A stretch of DNA of 64,000 nt. It comes from the human T2T-CHM13v2.0 reference genome, Homo sapiens. Positions 1 through 16,800 of this stretch are shown piece by piece. Made by a program: the position numbers and the translations under genes. The stretch lies in the NCBI RefSeq assembly GCF_009914755.1, contig NC_060927.1; one strand, given 5' to 3'. A model generated the notes under the pieces. It ran no database searches and had not been told where the DNA came from. It saw only the letters and a program-made list of their open reading frames with translations. The first letter of the stretch is position 1. The number at the start of each line of letters is the position of its first letter.

Positions 1-1489
1 TGTACATAAAATATCAAAGTACCCCAAATATATATTTTACACCGTACATGAAATACCAAATTTCACAAACTATATATTATATACTGTACATAAAATATCA
101 AAGTACCCAAGGTATATATTCTATACTGTACAAAAAATATCAAAGTACCAAAAGCATGTATTATATACTGTACATAAAATATGAAAGTACATCAAATATA
201 TATTTTATTCTGTACATAAAATATCAAAGTACACCAGACATATATTCTATAGTGTACATAAAATATCAAAGTACCCAAACTATACATTATATACTGTACA
301 TAAAATATGAAATTACATCAAATATATATTAGGTACATAAAATATGAAAGTACATAAAATATAGAGTATATACTGTACATAAAATATCAAAGTACCCGAA
401 ATATATATTATATACTCTACATGAAATATCAAATTTCACAAACTATATATTATATACTGTACATAAAATATCAAAGTACCCAAGGTATATATTCTATACT
501 GTAAAAAAAATATCAGAGTACCCAAAGCATGTATTATATACTGTATATAAAATATGAAAGTACATTAAAGATATATTTTATTCTGGACATAAAATATCAA
601 AGTACACCTGATATATATTCTATAGTGTACATAAAATAACAATGTACACAAACTATAAATTATATACTGTACATAAAATATGAAATTACATCAAATATAT
701 ATTAGGTACATAAAATATGAAAGTACATCAAATATAGATTATATACTGTACATGTAATATCAATGTACCCCAAATATATATTTTATACTCTACATGAAAT
801 ATCAAAGTTCACAAACCATACATTATATACTGTACATAAAATATCAAAGTACCCAAGGTATATATTCTATACTGTACAAATAATATCAAAGTACCCAAAG
901 CATGTATTATATACTGTACATAAAATATGAAAGTACATCAAATATATATTTTATTCAGTACATAAAATATCAAAGTACACCAGATATATATTCTATAGTG
1001 TACATAAAATATCAAAGTACCCAAACTATACATTATATACTGTACATAAAATATGAAATTACATCAAATATATATTAGGTACATAAAATATGAAAGTACA
1101 TCAAATATAGATTATATACTGTACATAAAATATCAAAGTACCCCAAATATATATTATATACTCTACATGAAATATCAAAGTTCACAAACTATATATTATA
1201 TACTGTACATAAAATATCAAAGTACCCAAGGTATATATTCTATACTGTACAAAAAATATCAAAGTACCCAAAGGATGTATTATATACTGTACATAAAATA
1301 TGAAAGTACATCAAATATATATTTTATTCTGCACATAAAATATCAAAGTACACCAGATATATATTCTATAGTGTACATAAAATAACAAAGTACACAAACT
1401 ATACATTATATACTGTACATAAAATATGAAATTACATCAAATATATATTAGGTACATAAAATATGAAAGTACATCAAATATAGATTATA

Positions 1490-4400
1490 TACTGAACATA
1501 TAATATCAATGTACCCCAAATATATATTTTATACTCTACATGAAATATCAAAGTTCAGAAACCATACATTATATACTGTACATAAAATATCAAAGTACCC
1601 AAGGTATATATTCTATAATGTACAAAAAATATCAAAGTACCCAAAGCATGTATTATATACTGTACATAAAATATGAAAGTACATCAAATATATATTTTAT
1701 TCTGTACATAAAATATCAAAGTACACCAGATATATATTCTATAGTGTACATAAAATATCAAAGTACCCAAACTATACATTATATACTGTACATAAAATAT
1801 GAAATTACATCAAATATATATTAGGTACATAAAATATGAAAGTACATCAAATATAGATTATATACTGTACATAAAATATCAAAGTACCCCAAATATATAT
1901 TATATACTCTACATGAAATATCAAATTTCACAAACTATATATTATATACTGTACATAAAATATCAAAGTACCCAAGGTATATATTCTATACTGTACAAAA
2001 AATATCAAAGTACCCAAAGCATGTATTATATACTGTATATAAAATATGAAAGTACATTAAAGATATATTTTATTCTGTACATAAAATATCAAAGTACACC
2101 AGATATATATTCTATAGTGTACATAAAATAACAAAGTACACAAACTATAAATTATATACTGTACATAAAATATGAAATTACATCAAATATATATTAGGTA
2201 CATAAAATATGAAAGTACATCAAATATAGATTATATACTGTACATAAAATATCAATGTACCCCAAATATATATTTTATACTCTACATGAAATATCAAAGT
2301 TCACAAACCATATATTATATACTGTACATAAAATATCAAAGTACCCAAGGCATATATTCTATACTATACAAAAAATATCAAAGTACCCAAAGCATGTATT
2401 ATATACTGTACATAAAATATGAAAGTACATCAAATATATATTTTATTCTGTACATAAAATATCAAAGTACACTAGATATATATTCTATAGTGTACATAAA
2501 ATATCAAAATACCCAAACTATACATTATATACTGTACATAAAATACGAGATTACATCAAATATATATTATATTAGGTACATAAAATATGAAAGTACATCA
2601 AATATAGATTATATACTGTACATAAAATATCAAAGTACCCCGAATATATATTATATACTCTACATGAAATATCAAAGTTCACAAACTATATATTATATAC
2701 TGTACATAAAATATCAAAGTACCCAAGGTATATATTCTATACTGTACAAAAGATATCAAAGTACCCAAAGCATGTATTATATACTGTATATAAAATATGA
2801 AAGTACATTAAATATATATTTTATTCTGTACATAAAATATCAAAGTACACCAGATATATATTCTATAGTGTACATAAAATAACAAAGTACACAAACTATA
2901 AATTATATACTGTACATAAAATATGAAATTACATCAAATATATATTAGGTACATAAAATATGAAAGTACATCAAATATAGATTATATACTGAACATATAA
3001 TATCAATGTACCCCAAATATATATTTGATACTCTACATGAAATATCAAAGTTCAGAAACCATACATTATATACTGTACATAAAATATCAAAGTACCCAAG
3101 GTATATATTCTATACTGTACAAAAAATATCAAAGTACCCAAAGCATGTATTATATACTGTACATAATATATGAAAGTACATCAAACATATATTTTATTCT
3201 GTACATAAAATATCAAAGTACACCAGATATATATTCTATAGTGTACATAAAATATCAAAGAACCCAAACTATACATTATATACTGTACATAAAATATGAA
3301 ATTACATCAAATATATATTAGGTACATAAAATATGAAAGTATATAAAATATAGATTATATACTGTACATAAAATATCAAAGTACCCCAAATATATATTAT
3401 ATACTCTACATGAAATATCAAAGTTCACAAACTATATATTATATACTGTACATAAAATATCAAAGTACCCAAGGTATATATTCTATACTGTACAAAAAAT
3501 ATCAAGGTACCCAAAGCATGTATTATATACTGTACATAAAATATGAAAGTACATCAAATATATATTTTATTCTGTACATAAAATATCAAAGTACACCAGA
3601 TATATATTCTATAGTGTACATAAAATAACAAAGTACACAAACTATACATTATATACTGTACATAAAATATGAAATTACATCAAATATATATTAGGTACAT
3701 AAAATATGAAAGAACATCAAACATAGATTATATACTGTACAAAAAATATCAAAGTACCCCAAATATATATTATATACTCTACATGAAATATCAAAGTTCA
3801 CAAACTATATATTATATACTGTACATAAAATATCAAAGTACCCAAGGTATATATTCTATACTGTACAAAAAATATCAAAGTACCCAAAGCATGTATTATA
3901 TACTGTATATAAAATATGAAAGTACATCAAATATATATTTTATTCTGTACATAAAATATCAAAGTACACCAGATATATATTCTATAGTGTACATAAAATA
4001 ACAAAGTACACAAACTATAAATTATATACTGTACATAAAATATGAAATTACATCAAATATATATTAGGTACATAAAATATGAAAGTACATCAAATATAGA
4101 TTATATACTGTACATATAATATCAATGTACCCGAAATATATATTTTATACTCTACATGAAATATCAAAGTTCACAAACCATATATTAAATACTGTACATA
4201 AAATATCAAAGTACCCAAGGTATATATTCTATACTGTACAAAAAATATCAAAGTACCCAAAGCATGTATTATATACTGTACATAAAATATGAAATTACAT
4301 CAAATATATATTTTATTCTGTACATAAAATATCAAAGTACACCAGATATATATTCTACAGTGTACATAAAATATCAAAGTACCCAAACTATACATTATAT

Positions 4401-7400
4401 ACTGTACATAAAATATGAAATTACATTAAATATATTTTATAACAGGTACATAAAATATGAAAGTACATCAAATATAGATTATATACTGTACATTAAATAC
4501 CAAAGTACCCCAAATATATATTTTATACTGTACATGAAATATCAAAGTTCACAAACTATATATTATATACTGTACATATAATATCAAAGTACCCAAGGTA
4601 TATATTCTATACTGTACAAAAAATAACAAAGTACCAAAAGCATGTATTATATACTGTACCTAAAATATGAAAGTACATGAAATATATATTTTATTCTGTA
4701 CATAAAATATCAAAGTACACCAGATATATATTCTATAGTGTACATAAAATATCAAAATACCCAAACTATACATTATATACTGTACATAAAATATGAAATT
4801 ACATCAAATATATATTATATTAGGTACATAAAATATGAAAGTACATCAAATATAGATTATATACTGTACATTAAATACCAAAGTACCCCAAATATATATT
4901 TTATACTGTACGTGAAATATCAAAGTTCACAAACTATATATTATATACTGTACATAAAATATCAAAGTACCCAAGGTATATATTCTATACTGTAGAAAAA
5001 ATATCAAAGTACCCAAAGCATGTATTATATACTGTACCTAAAATATGAAAGTACATCAAATATATATTTTATTCTGTACATAAAATATCAAAGTACACCA
5101 GATATATATTCTATAGTGTACATAAAATAACAAAGTACAAAAACTATAAATTATATACTGTACATAAAATATGAAATTACACCAAATATATATTAGGTAC
5201 ATAAAATATGAAAGTACATCAAATATAGATTATATACTGTACATATAATATCAATGTACCCCAAATATATATTTTATACTCTACATGAAATATCAAAGTT
5301 CACAAACCATATATTATATACTGTACATAAAATATCAAAGTACCCAAGGTATATATTCTATACTATTCAAAAAATATCAAAGTAACCAAAGCATGTATTA
5401 TATACTGTACATAAAATATGAAAGTACATCAAATATATATTTTATTCTGTACATAAAATATCAAAGTACACCAGATATATATTCTATAGTGTACATAAAA
5501 TATCAAAGTACCCAAACTATACATTACATACTGTACATAAAATATGAAATTACATCAAATATATATTATATTAGGTACATAAAATATGAAAGTACATCAA
5601 ATATAGATTATATACTGTACATAAAATATCAAAGTACCCCAAATATATATTATATACTCTACATGAGATATCAAAGTTCACAAACTAAATATTATATACT
5701 GTACATAAAATAAAGTACCCAAGGTACATATTCTATACTATACAAAAAATATCAAAGTACCCAAAGCATGTATTATATACTGTATATAAAATATGAAATT
5801 ACATCAAATATATATTTTATTCTGTACGTAAAATATCAAAGTACACCAGATATATATTCTATAGTGTACATAAAATAACAAAGTACAAAAACTATAAATT
5901 ATATACTGTACATAAAATATGAAATTACATCAAATATATATTAGGTACATAAAATATGAAAGTACATCAAATATAGATTATATACTGTACATTAAATACC
6001 AAAGTACCCCAAATATATATTTTATACTGTACATGAAATATCAAAGTTCACAAACTATATATTATATACTGTACATAAAATATCAAAGTACCCAAGGTAT
6101 ATATTCTATACTGTACAAAAGATATCAACATACCCAAAGCATGTATTATATACTGTACATAAAATATGAAAGTACATCAAATATATATTTTATTCTGTAC
6201 ATAAAATATCAAAGTACACCAGATATATATTCTATAGTGTACATAAAATAACAAAGTACACAAACTATACATTATATACTGTACATAAAATATGAAATTA
6301 CATCAAATATATATTATGTACATAAAATATGAAAGTACATCAAATATAGATTATATACTGAATATATAATATCAATGTACCCCAAATATATATTTTATAC
6401 TCTATATGAAATATCAAAGTTCAGAAACCATACATTATATACTGTACATAAAATATCAAAGTACCCAAGGTATATATTCTATACTGTACAAAAAATATCA
6501 AAGTACCCAAAGCATGTATTATATACTGTACATAAAATATGAAAGTACATCAAATATATATTTTATTCTGTACATAAAATATCAAAGTACACCAGATATA
6601 TATTCTATAGTGTACATAAAATATCAAAGTACCCAAACTATACATTATATACTGTACATAAAATATGAAATTACATCAAATATATATTAGGTACATAAAA
6701 TATGAAAGTACATAAAATATAGATTATATACTGTACATAAAATATCAAAGTACCCCAAATATATATTATATACTCTACATGAAATATCAAATTTCACAAA
6801 CTATATATTATATACTGTACATAAAATATCAAAGTACCCAAGGTATATATTCTATACTGTAAAAAAAATATCAGAGTTCCCAAAGCATGTATTATATACT
6901 GTATATAAAATATGAAAGTACATTAAAGATATATTTTATTCTGTACATAAAATATCAAAGTACACCAGATATATATTCTATAGTGTACATAAAATAACAA
7001 TGTACACAAACTATAAATTATATACTGTACATAAAATATGAAATTACATCAAATATATATTAGGTACATAAAATATGAAAGTACATCAAATATAGATTAT
7101 ATACTGTACATGTAATATCAATGTACCCCAAATATATATTTTATACTCTACATGAAATATCAAAGTTCACAAACCATACATTATATACTGTACATAAAAT
7201 ATCAAAGTACCCAAGGTATATATTCTATACTGTACAAATAATATCAAAGTACCCAAAGCATGTATTATATACTGTACATAAAATATGAAAGTACATCAAA
7301 TATATATTTTATTCAGTACATAAAATATCAAAGTACACCAGATATATATTCTATAGTGTACATAAAATATCAAAGTACCCAAACTATACATTATATACTG

Positions 7401-10400
7401 TACATAAAATATGAAATTACATCAAATATATATTAGGTACATAAAATATGAAAGTACATCAAATATAGATTATGTACTGTACATAAAATATCAAAGTACC
7501 CCAAATATATATTATATACTCTACATGAAATATCAAAGTTCACAAACTATATATTATATACTGTACATTAAATATCAAAGTACCCAAGGTATATATTCTA
7601 TACTGTACAAAAAATATCAAAGTACCCAAAGGATGTATTATATACTGTACATAAAATATAAAAGTACATCAAATATATATTTTATTCTGTACATAAAATA
7701 TCAAAGTACACCAGATATATATTCTATAGTGTACATAAAATAACAAAGTACACAAACTATACATTATATACTGTACATAAAATATGAAATTACATCAAAT
7801 ATATATTAGGTACATAAAATACGAAAGTACATCAAATATAGATTATATACTGTACATAAAATATCAATGTACCCCAAATATATATTTTATACTCTACATG
7901 AAATATCAAAGTTCACAAACCATATATTATATACTGTACATAAAATATCAAAGTACCCAAGGTATATATTCTATACTATACAAAAAATATCAAAGTACCC
8001 AAAGCATGTGTTATTTACTGTACATAAAATATGAAAGTACATCAAATATATATTTTATTCTGTACATAAAATATCAAAGTACACCAGATATATATTCTAT
8101 AGTGTACATAAAATATCAAAATACCCAAACTATACATTATATACTGTACATAAAATATGAGATTACATCAAATATATATTATATTAGGTACATAAAATAT
8201 GAAAGTACATCAAATATAGATTATATACTGTGCATAAAATATCAAAGTACCCCAAATATATATTATATACTCTACATGAAATATCAAAGTTCACAAACTA
8301 TATATTATATACTGTACATAAAATATCAAAGTACCCAAGGTATATATTCTATACTGTACAAAAAATATCAAAGTACCCAAAGCATGTATTATATACTGTA
8401 TATAAAATAAGAAAGTACATTAAATATATATTTTATTCTGTACATAATATATCAAAGTACACCAGATATATATTCTATAGTGTACATAAAATAACAAAGT
8501 ACAAAAACTATAAATTATATACTGTACATAAAATATGAAATTACATCAAATATATATTAGGTACATAAAATATGAAAGTACATCAAATATAGATTATATA
8601 CTGAACATATAATATCAATGTACCCCAAATATATATTTTATACTCTACATGAAATATCAAAGTTCAGAAACCATACATTATATACTGTACATAAAATATC
8701 AAAGTACCCAAGGTATATATTCTATAATGTACAAAAAATATCAAAGTACCCAAAGCATGTATTATATACTGTACATAAAATATGAAAATACATCAAATAT
8801 ATATTTTATTCTGTACATAAAATATCAAAGTACACCAGATATATATTCTATAGTGTACATAAAATATCAAAGTACCCAAACTATACATTATATACTGTAC
8901 ATAAAATATGAAATTACATCAAATATATATTAGGTACATAAAATATGAAAGTACATCAAATATAGATTATATACTGTACATAAAATATCAAAGTACCCCA
9001 AATATATATTATATACTCTACATGAAATATCAAATTTCACAAACTATATATTATATACTGTACATAAAATATCAAAGTACCCAAGGTATATATTCTATAC
9101 TGTACAAAAAATATCAGAGTACCCAAAGCATGTATTATATACTGTATATAAAATATGAAAGTACATTAAAGATATATTTTATTCTGTACATAAAATATCA
9201 AAGTACACCAGATATATATTCTATAGTGTACATAAAATAACAAAGTACACAAACTATAAATTATATACTGTACATAAAATATGAAATTACATCAAATATA
9301 TATTAGGTACATAAAATATGAAAGTACATCAAGTATAGATTATATACTGTACATAAAATATCAATGTACCCCAAATATATATTTTATACTCTACATGAAA
9401 TATCAAAGTTCACAAACCATATATTATATACTGTACATAAAGTATCAAAGTACCCAAGGTATATATTCTATACTATACAAAAAATATCAAAGTACCCAAA
9501 GCATGTATTATATACTGTACATAAAATATGAAAGTACATCAAATATATATTTTATTCTGTACATAAAATATCAAAGTACACTAGATATATATTCTATAGT
9601 GTACATAAAATATCAAAATACCCAAACTATACATTATATACTGTATATAAAATACGAGATTACATCAAATATATATTATATTAGGTACATAAAATATGAA
9701 AGTACATCAAATATAGATTATATACTGTACATAAAATATCAAAGTACCCCGAATATATATTATATACTCTACATGCAACATCAAAGTTCACAAACTATAT
9801 ATTATATACTGTACATAAAATATCAAAGTACCCAAGGTATATATTCTATACTGTACAAAAGATATCAAAGTACCCAAAGCATGTATTATATACTGTATAT
9901 AAAATATGAAAGTACATTAAATATATATTTTATTCTGTACATAAAATATCAAAGTACACCAGATATATATTCTATAGTGTACATAAAATAACAAAGTACA
10001 CAAACTATAAATTATATACTGTACATAAAATATGAAATTACATCAAATATATATTAGGTACATAAAATATGAAAGTACATCAAATATAGATTATATACTG
10101 AACATATAATATCAATGTACCCCAAATATATATTTGATACTCTACATGAAATATCAAAGTTCAGAAACCATACATTATATACTGTACATAAAATATCAAA
10201 GTACCCAAGGTATATATTCTATACTGTACAAAAAATATCAAAGTACCCAAAGCATGTATTATATACTGTACATAATATATGAAAGTACATCAAATATATA
10301 TTTTATTCTGTACATGAAATATCAAAGTACACCAGATATATATTCTATAGTGTACATAAAATATCAAAGAACCCAAACTGTACATTATATACTGTACATA

Positions 10401-13400
10401 AAATATGAAATTACATCAAATATATATTAGGTACATAAAATATGAAAGTACATCAAGTATAGATTATATACTGTACATAAAATATCAAAGTACCCCAAAT
10501 ATATATTATATACTCTACATGAAATATCAAAGTTCACAAACTATATATTATATACTGTACATAAAATATCAAAGTACCCAAGGTATATATTCTATACTGT
10601 ACAAAAAATATCAAGGTACCCAAAGCATGTATTATATACTGTACATAAAATGTGAAAGTACATCAAATATATATTTTATTCTGTACATAAAATATCAAAG
10701 TACACCAGATATATATTCTATAGTGTACATAAAATAACAAAGTACACAAACTATACATTATATACTGTACATAAAATATGAAATTACATCAAATATATAT
10801 TAGGTACATAAAATATGAAAGAACATCAAACATAGATTATATACTGTACAAAAAATATCAAAGTACCCCAAATATATATTATATACTCTACATGAAATAT
10901 CAAAGTTCACAAACTATATATTATATACTGTACATAAAATATCAAAGTACCCAAGGTATATATTCTATACTGTACAAAAAATATCAAAGTACCCAAAGCA
11001 TGTATTATATACTGTATATAAAATATGAAAGTACATCAAATATATATTTTATTCTGTACATAAAATATCAAAGTACACCAGATATATATTCTATAGTGTA
11101 CATAAAATAACAAAGTACACAAACTATAAATTATATACTGTACATAAAATATGAAATTACATCAAATATATATTAGGTACATAAAATATGAAAGTACATC
11201 AAATATAGATTATATACTGTACATATAATATCAATATACCCGAAATATATATTTTATACTCTACATGAAACATCAAAGTTCACAAACCATATATTAAATA
11301 CTGTACATAAAATATCAAAGTACCCAAGGTATATATTCTATACTGTACAAAAAATATCAAAGTACCCAAAGCATGTATTATATACTGTACATAAAATATG
11401 AAATTACATCAAATATATATTTTATTCTGTACATAAAATATCAAAGTACACCAGATATATATTCTACAGTGTACATAAAATATCAAAGTACCCAAACTAT
11501 ACATTATATACTGTACATAAAATATGAAATTACATCAAATATATTTTATAACAGGTACATAAAATATGAAAGTACATCAAATATAGATTATATACTGTAC
11601 ATTAAATACCAAAGTACCCCAAATATATATTTTATACTGTACATGAAATATCAAAGTTCACAAACTATATATTATATACTGTACATAAAATATCAAAGTA
11701 CCCAAGGTATATATTCTATACTGTACAAAAAATAACAAAGTACCAAAAGCATGTATTATATACTGTACCTAAAATATGAAAGTACATGAAATATATATTT
11801 TATTCTGTACATAAAATATCAAAGTACACCAGATATATATTCTATAGTGTACATAAAATATCAAAATACCCAAACTATACATTATATACTGTACATAAAA
11901 TATGAAATTACATCAAATATATATTATATTAGGTACATAAAATATGAAAGTACATCAAATATAGATTATATACTGTACATTAAATACCAAAGTACCCCAA
12001 ATATATATTTTATACTGTACGTGAAATATCAAAGTTCACAAACTATATATTATATACTGTACATAAAATATCAAAGTACCCAAGGTATATATTCTATACT
12101 GTAGAAAAAATATCAAAGTACCCAAAGCATGTATTATATACTGTACCTAAAATATGAAAGTACATCAAATATATATTTTATTCTGTACATAAAATATCAA
12201 AGTACACCAGATATATATTCTATAGTGTACATAAAATAACAAAGTACAAAAACTATAAATTATATACTGTATATAAAATATGAAATTACACCAAATATAT
12301 ATTAGGTACATAAAATATGAAAGTACATCAAATATAGATTATATACTGTACATATAATATCAATGTACCCCAAATATATATTTTATACTCTACATGAAAT
12401 ATCAAAGTTCACAAACCATATATTATATACTGTACATAAAATATCAAAGTACCCAAGGTATATATTCTATACTATTCAAAAAATATCAAAGTAACCAAAG
12501 CATGTATTATATACTGTACATAAAATATGAAAGTACATCAAATATATATTTTATTCTGTACATAAAATATCAAAGTACACCAGATATATATTCTATAGTG
12601 TACATAAAATATCAAAGTACCCAAACTATACATTACATACTGTACATAAAATATGAAATTACATCAAATATATATTATATTAGGTACATAAAATATGAAA
12701 GTACATCAAATATAGATTATATACTGTACATAAAATATCAAAGTACCCCAAATATATATTATATACTCTACATGAGATATCAAAGTTCACAAACTATATA
12801 TTATATACTGTACATAAAATAAAGTACCCAAGGTACATATTCTATACTATACAAAAAATATCAAAGTACCCAAAGCATGTATTATATACTGTATATAAAA
12901 TATGAAATTACATCAAATATATATTTTATTCTGTACGTAAAATATCAAAGTACACCAGATATATATTCTATAGTGTACATAAAATAACAAAGTACAAAAA
13001 CTATAAATTATATACTGTACATAAAATATGAAATTACATCAAATATATATTAGGTACATAAAATATGAAAGTACATCAAATATAGATTATATACTGTACA
13101 TTAAATACCAAAGTACCCCAAATATATATTTTATACTGTACATGAAATATCAAAGTTCACAAACTATATATTATATACTGTACATAAAATATCAAAGTAC
13201 CCAAGGTATATATTCTATACTGTACAAAAGATATCAACGTACCCAAAGCATGTATTATATACTGTACATAAAATATGAAAGTACATCAAATATATATTTT
13301 ATTCTGTACATAAAATATCAAAGTACACCAGATATATATTCTATAGTGTACATAAAATAACAAAGTACACAAACTATACATTATATACTGTACATAAAAT

Positions 13401-16400
13401 ATGAAATTACATCAAATATATATTATGTACATAAAATATGAAAGTACATCAAATATAGATTATATACTGAACATATAATATCAATGTACCCCAAATATAT
13501 ATTTTATACTCTATATGAAATATCAAAGTTCAGAAACCATACATTATATACTGTACATAAAATATCAAAGTACCCAAGGTATATATTCTATACTGTACAA
13601 AAAATATCAAAGTACCCAAAGCATGTATTATATACTGTACATAAAATACGAAAGTACATCAAATATATATTTTATTCTGTACATAAAATATCAAAGTACA
13701 CCAGATATATATTCTATAGTGTACATAAAATATCAAAGTACCCAAACTATACATTATATACTGTACATAAAATATGAAATTACATCAAATATATATTAGG
13801 TACATAAAATATGAAAGTACATAAAATATAGATTATATACTGTACATAAAATATCAAAGTACCCCAAATATATATTATATACTCTACATGAAATATCAAA
13901 TTTCACAAACTATATGTTATATACTGTACATAAAATATCAAAGTACCCAAGGTATATATTCTATACTGTAAAAAAAATATCAGAGTACCCAAAGCATGTA
14001 TTATATACTGTATATAAAATATGAAAGTACATTAAAGATATATTTTATTCTGTACATAAAATATCAAAGTACACCAGATATATATTCTATAGTGTACATA
14101 AAATAACAATGTACACAAACTATAAATTATATACTGTACATAAAATATGAAATTACATCAAATATATATTAGGTACATAAAATATGAAAGTACATCAAAT
14201 ATAGATTATATACTGTACATGTAATATCAATGTACCCCAAATATATATTTTATACTCTACATGAAATATCAAAGTTCACAAACCATACATTATATACTGT
14301 ACATAAAATATCAAAGTACCCAAGGTATATATTCTATACTGTACAAATAATATCAAAGTACCCAAAGCATGTATTATATACTGTACATAAAATATGAAAG
14401 TACATCAAATATATATTTTATTCAGTACATAAAATATCAAAGTACACCAGATATATATTCTATAGTGTACATAAAATATCAAAGTACCCAAACTATACAT
14501 TATATACTGTACATAAAATATGAAATTACATCAAATATATATTAGGTACATAAAATATGAAAGTACATCAAATATAGATTATGTACTGTACATAAAATAT
14601 CAAAGTACCCCAAATATATATTATATACTCTACATGAAATATCAAAGTTCACAAACTATATATTATATACTGTACATTAAATATCAAAGTACCCAAGGTA
14701 TATATTCTATACTGTACAAAAAATATCAAAGTACCCAAAGGATGTATTATATACTGTACATAAAATATAAAAGTACATCAAATATATATTTTATTCTGTA
14801 CATAAAATATCAAAGTACACCAGATATATATTCTATAGTGTACATAAAATAACAAAGTACACAAACTATACATTATATACTGTCCATAAAATATGAAATT
14901 ACATCAAATATATATTAGGTACATAAAATATGAAAGTACATCAAATATAGATTATATACTGTACATAAAATATCAATGTACCCCAAATATATATTTTATA
15001 CTCTACATGAAATATCAAAGTTCACAAACCATATATTATATACTGTACATAAAATATCAAAGTACCCAAGGTATATATTCTATACTATACAAAAAATATC
15101 AAAGTACCCAAAGCATGTGTTATTTACTGTACATAAAATATGAAAGTACATCAAATATATATTTTATTCTGTACATAAAATATCAAAGTACACCAGATAT
15201 ATATTCTATAGTGTACATAAAATATCAAAATACCCAAACTATACATTATATACTGTACATAAAATATGAGATTACATCAAATATATATTATATTAGGTAC
15301 ATAAAATATGAAAGTACATCAAATATAGATTATATACTGTGCATAAAATATCAAAGTACCCCAAATATATATTATATACTCTACATGAAATATCAAAGTT
15401 CACAAACTATATATTATATACTGTACATAAAATATCAAAGTACCCAAGGTATATATTCTATACTGTACAAAAAATATCAAAGTACCCAAAGCATGTATTA
15501 TATACTGTATATAAAATAAGACAGTACATTAAATATATATTTTATTCTGTACATAATATATCAAACTACACCAGATATATATTCTATAGTGTACATAAAA
15601 TAACAAAGTACAAAAACTATAAATTATATACTGTACATAAAATATGAAATTACATCAAATATATATTAGGTACATAAAATATGAAAGTACATCAAATATA
15701 GATTATATACTGAACATATAATATCAATGTACCCCAAATATATATTTTATACTCTACATGAAATATCAAAGTTCAGAAACCATACATTATATACTGTACA
15801 TAAAATATCAAAGTACCCAAGGTATATATTCTATAATGTACAAAAAATATCAAAGTACCCAAAGCATGTATTATATACTGTACATAAAATATGAAAATAC
15901 ATCAAATATATATTTTATTCTGTACATAAAATATCAAAGTACACCAGATATATATTCTATAGTGTACATAAAATATCAAAGTACCCAAACTATACATTAT
16001 ATACTGTACATAAAATATGAAATTACATCAAATATATATTAGGTACATAAAATATGAAAGTACATCAAATATAGATTATATACTGTACATAAAATATCAA
16101 AGTACCCCAAATATATATTATATACTCTACATGAAATATCAAATTTCACAAACTATATATTATATACTGTACATAAAATATCAAAGTACCCAAGGTATAT
16201 ATTCTATACTGTACAAAAAATATCAGAGTACCCAAAGCATGTATTATATACTGTATATAAAATATGAAAGTACATTAAAGATATATTTTATTCTGTACAT
16301 AAAATATCAAAGTACACCAGATATATATTCTATAGTGTACATAAAATAACAAAGTACACAAACTATAAATTATATACTGTACATAAAATATGAAATTACA

Positions 16401-16800
16401 TCAAATATATATTAGGTACATAAAATATGAAAGTACATCAAGTATAGATTATATACTGTACATAAAATATCAATGTACCCCAAATATATATTTTATACTC
16501 TACATGAAATATCAAAGTTCACAAACCATATATTATATACTGTACATAAAGTATCAAAGTACCCAAGGTATATATTCTATACTATACAAAAAATATCAAA
16601 GTACCCAAAGCATGTATTATATACTGTACATAAAATATGAAAGTACATCAAATATATATTTTATTCTGTACATAAAATATCAAAGTACACTAGATATATA
16701 TTCTATAGTGTACATAAAATATCAAAATACCCAAACTATACATTATATACTGTATATAAAATACGAGATTACATCAAATATATATTATATTAGGTACATA
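1490..16800 (+). repeat. 7109-bp super-repeat (19 units), a little over two tandem copies
   Basis: Near-identical ORFs at a constant 7109 offset: 1540/8649/15758, 2172/9281/16390, 4264/11373, 5285/12394, 5919/13028, 7411/14520. Arithmetic fits: 14x373 + 5x378 - 3 = 7109, with the 3-bp deletion at ~5711 and ~12820. Confidence 0.92.
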
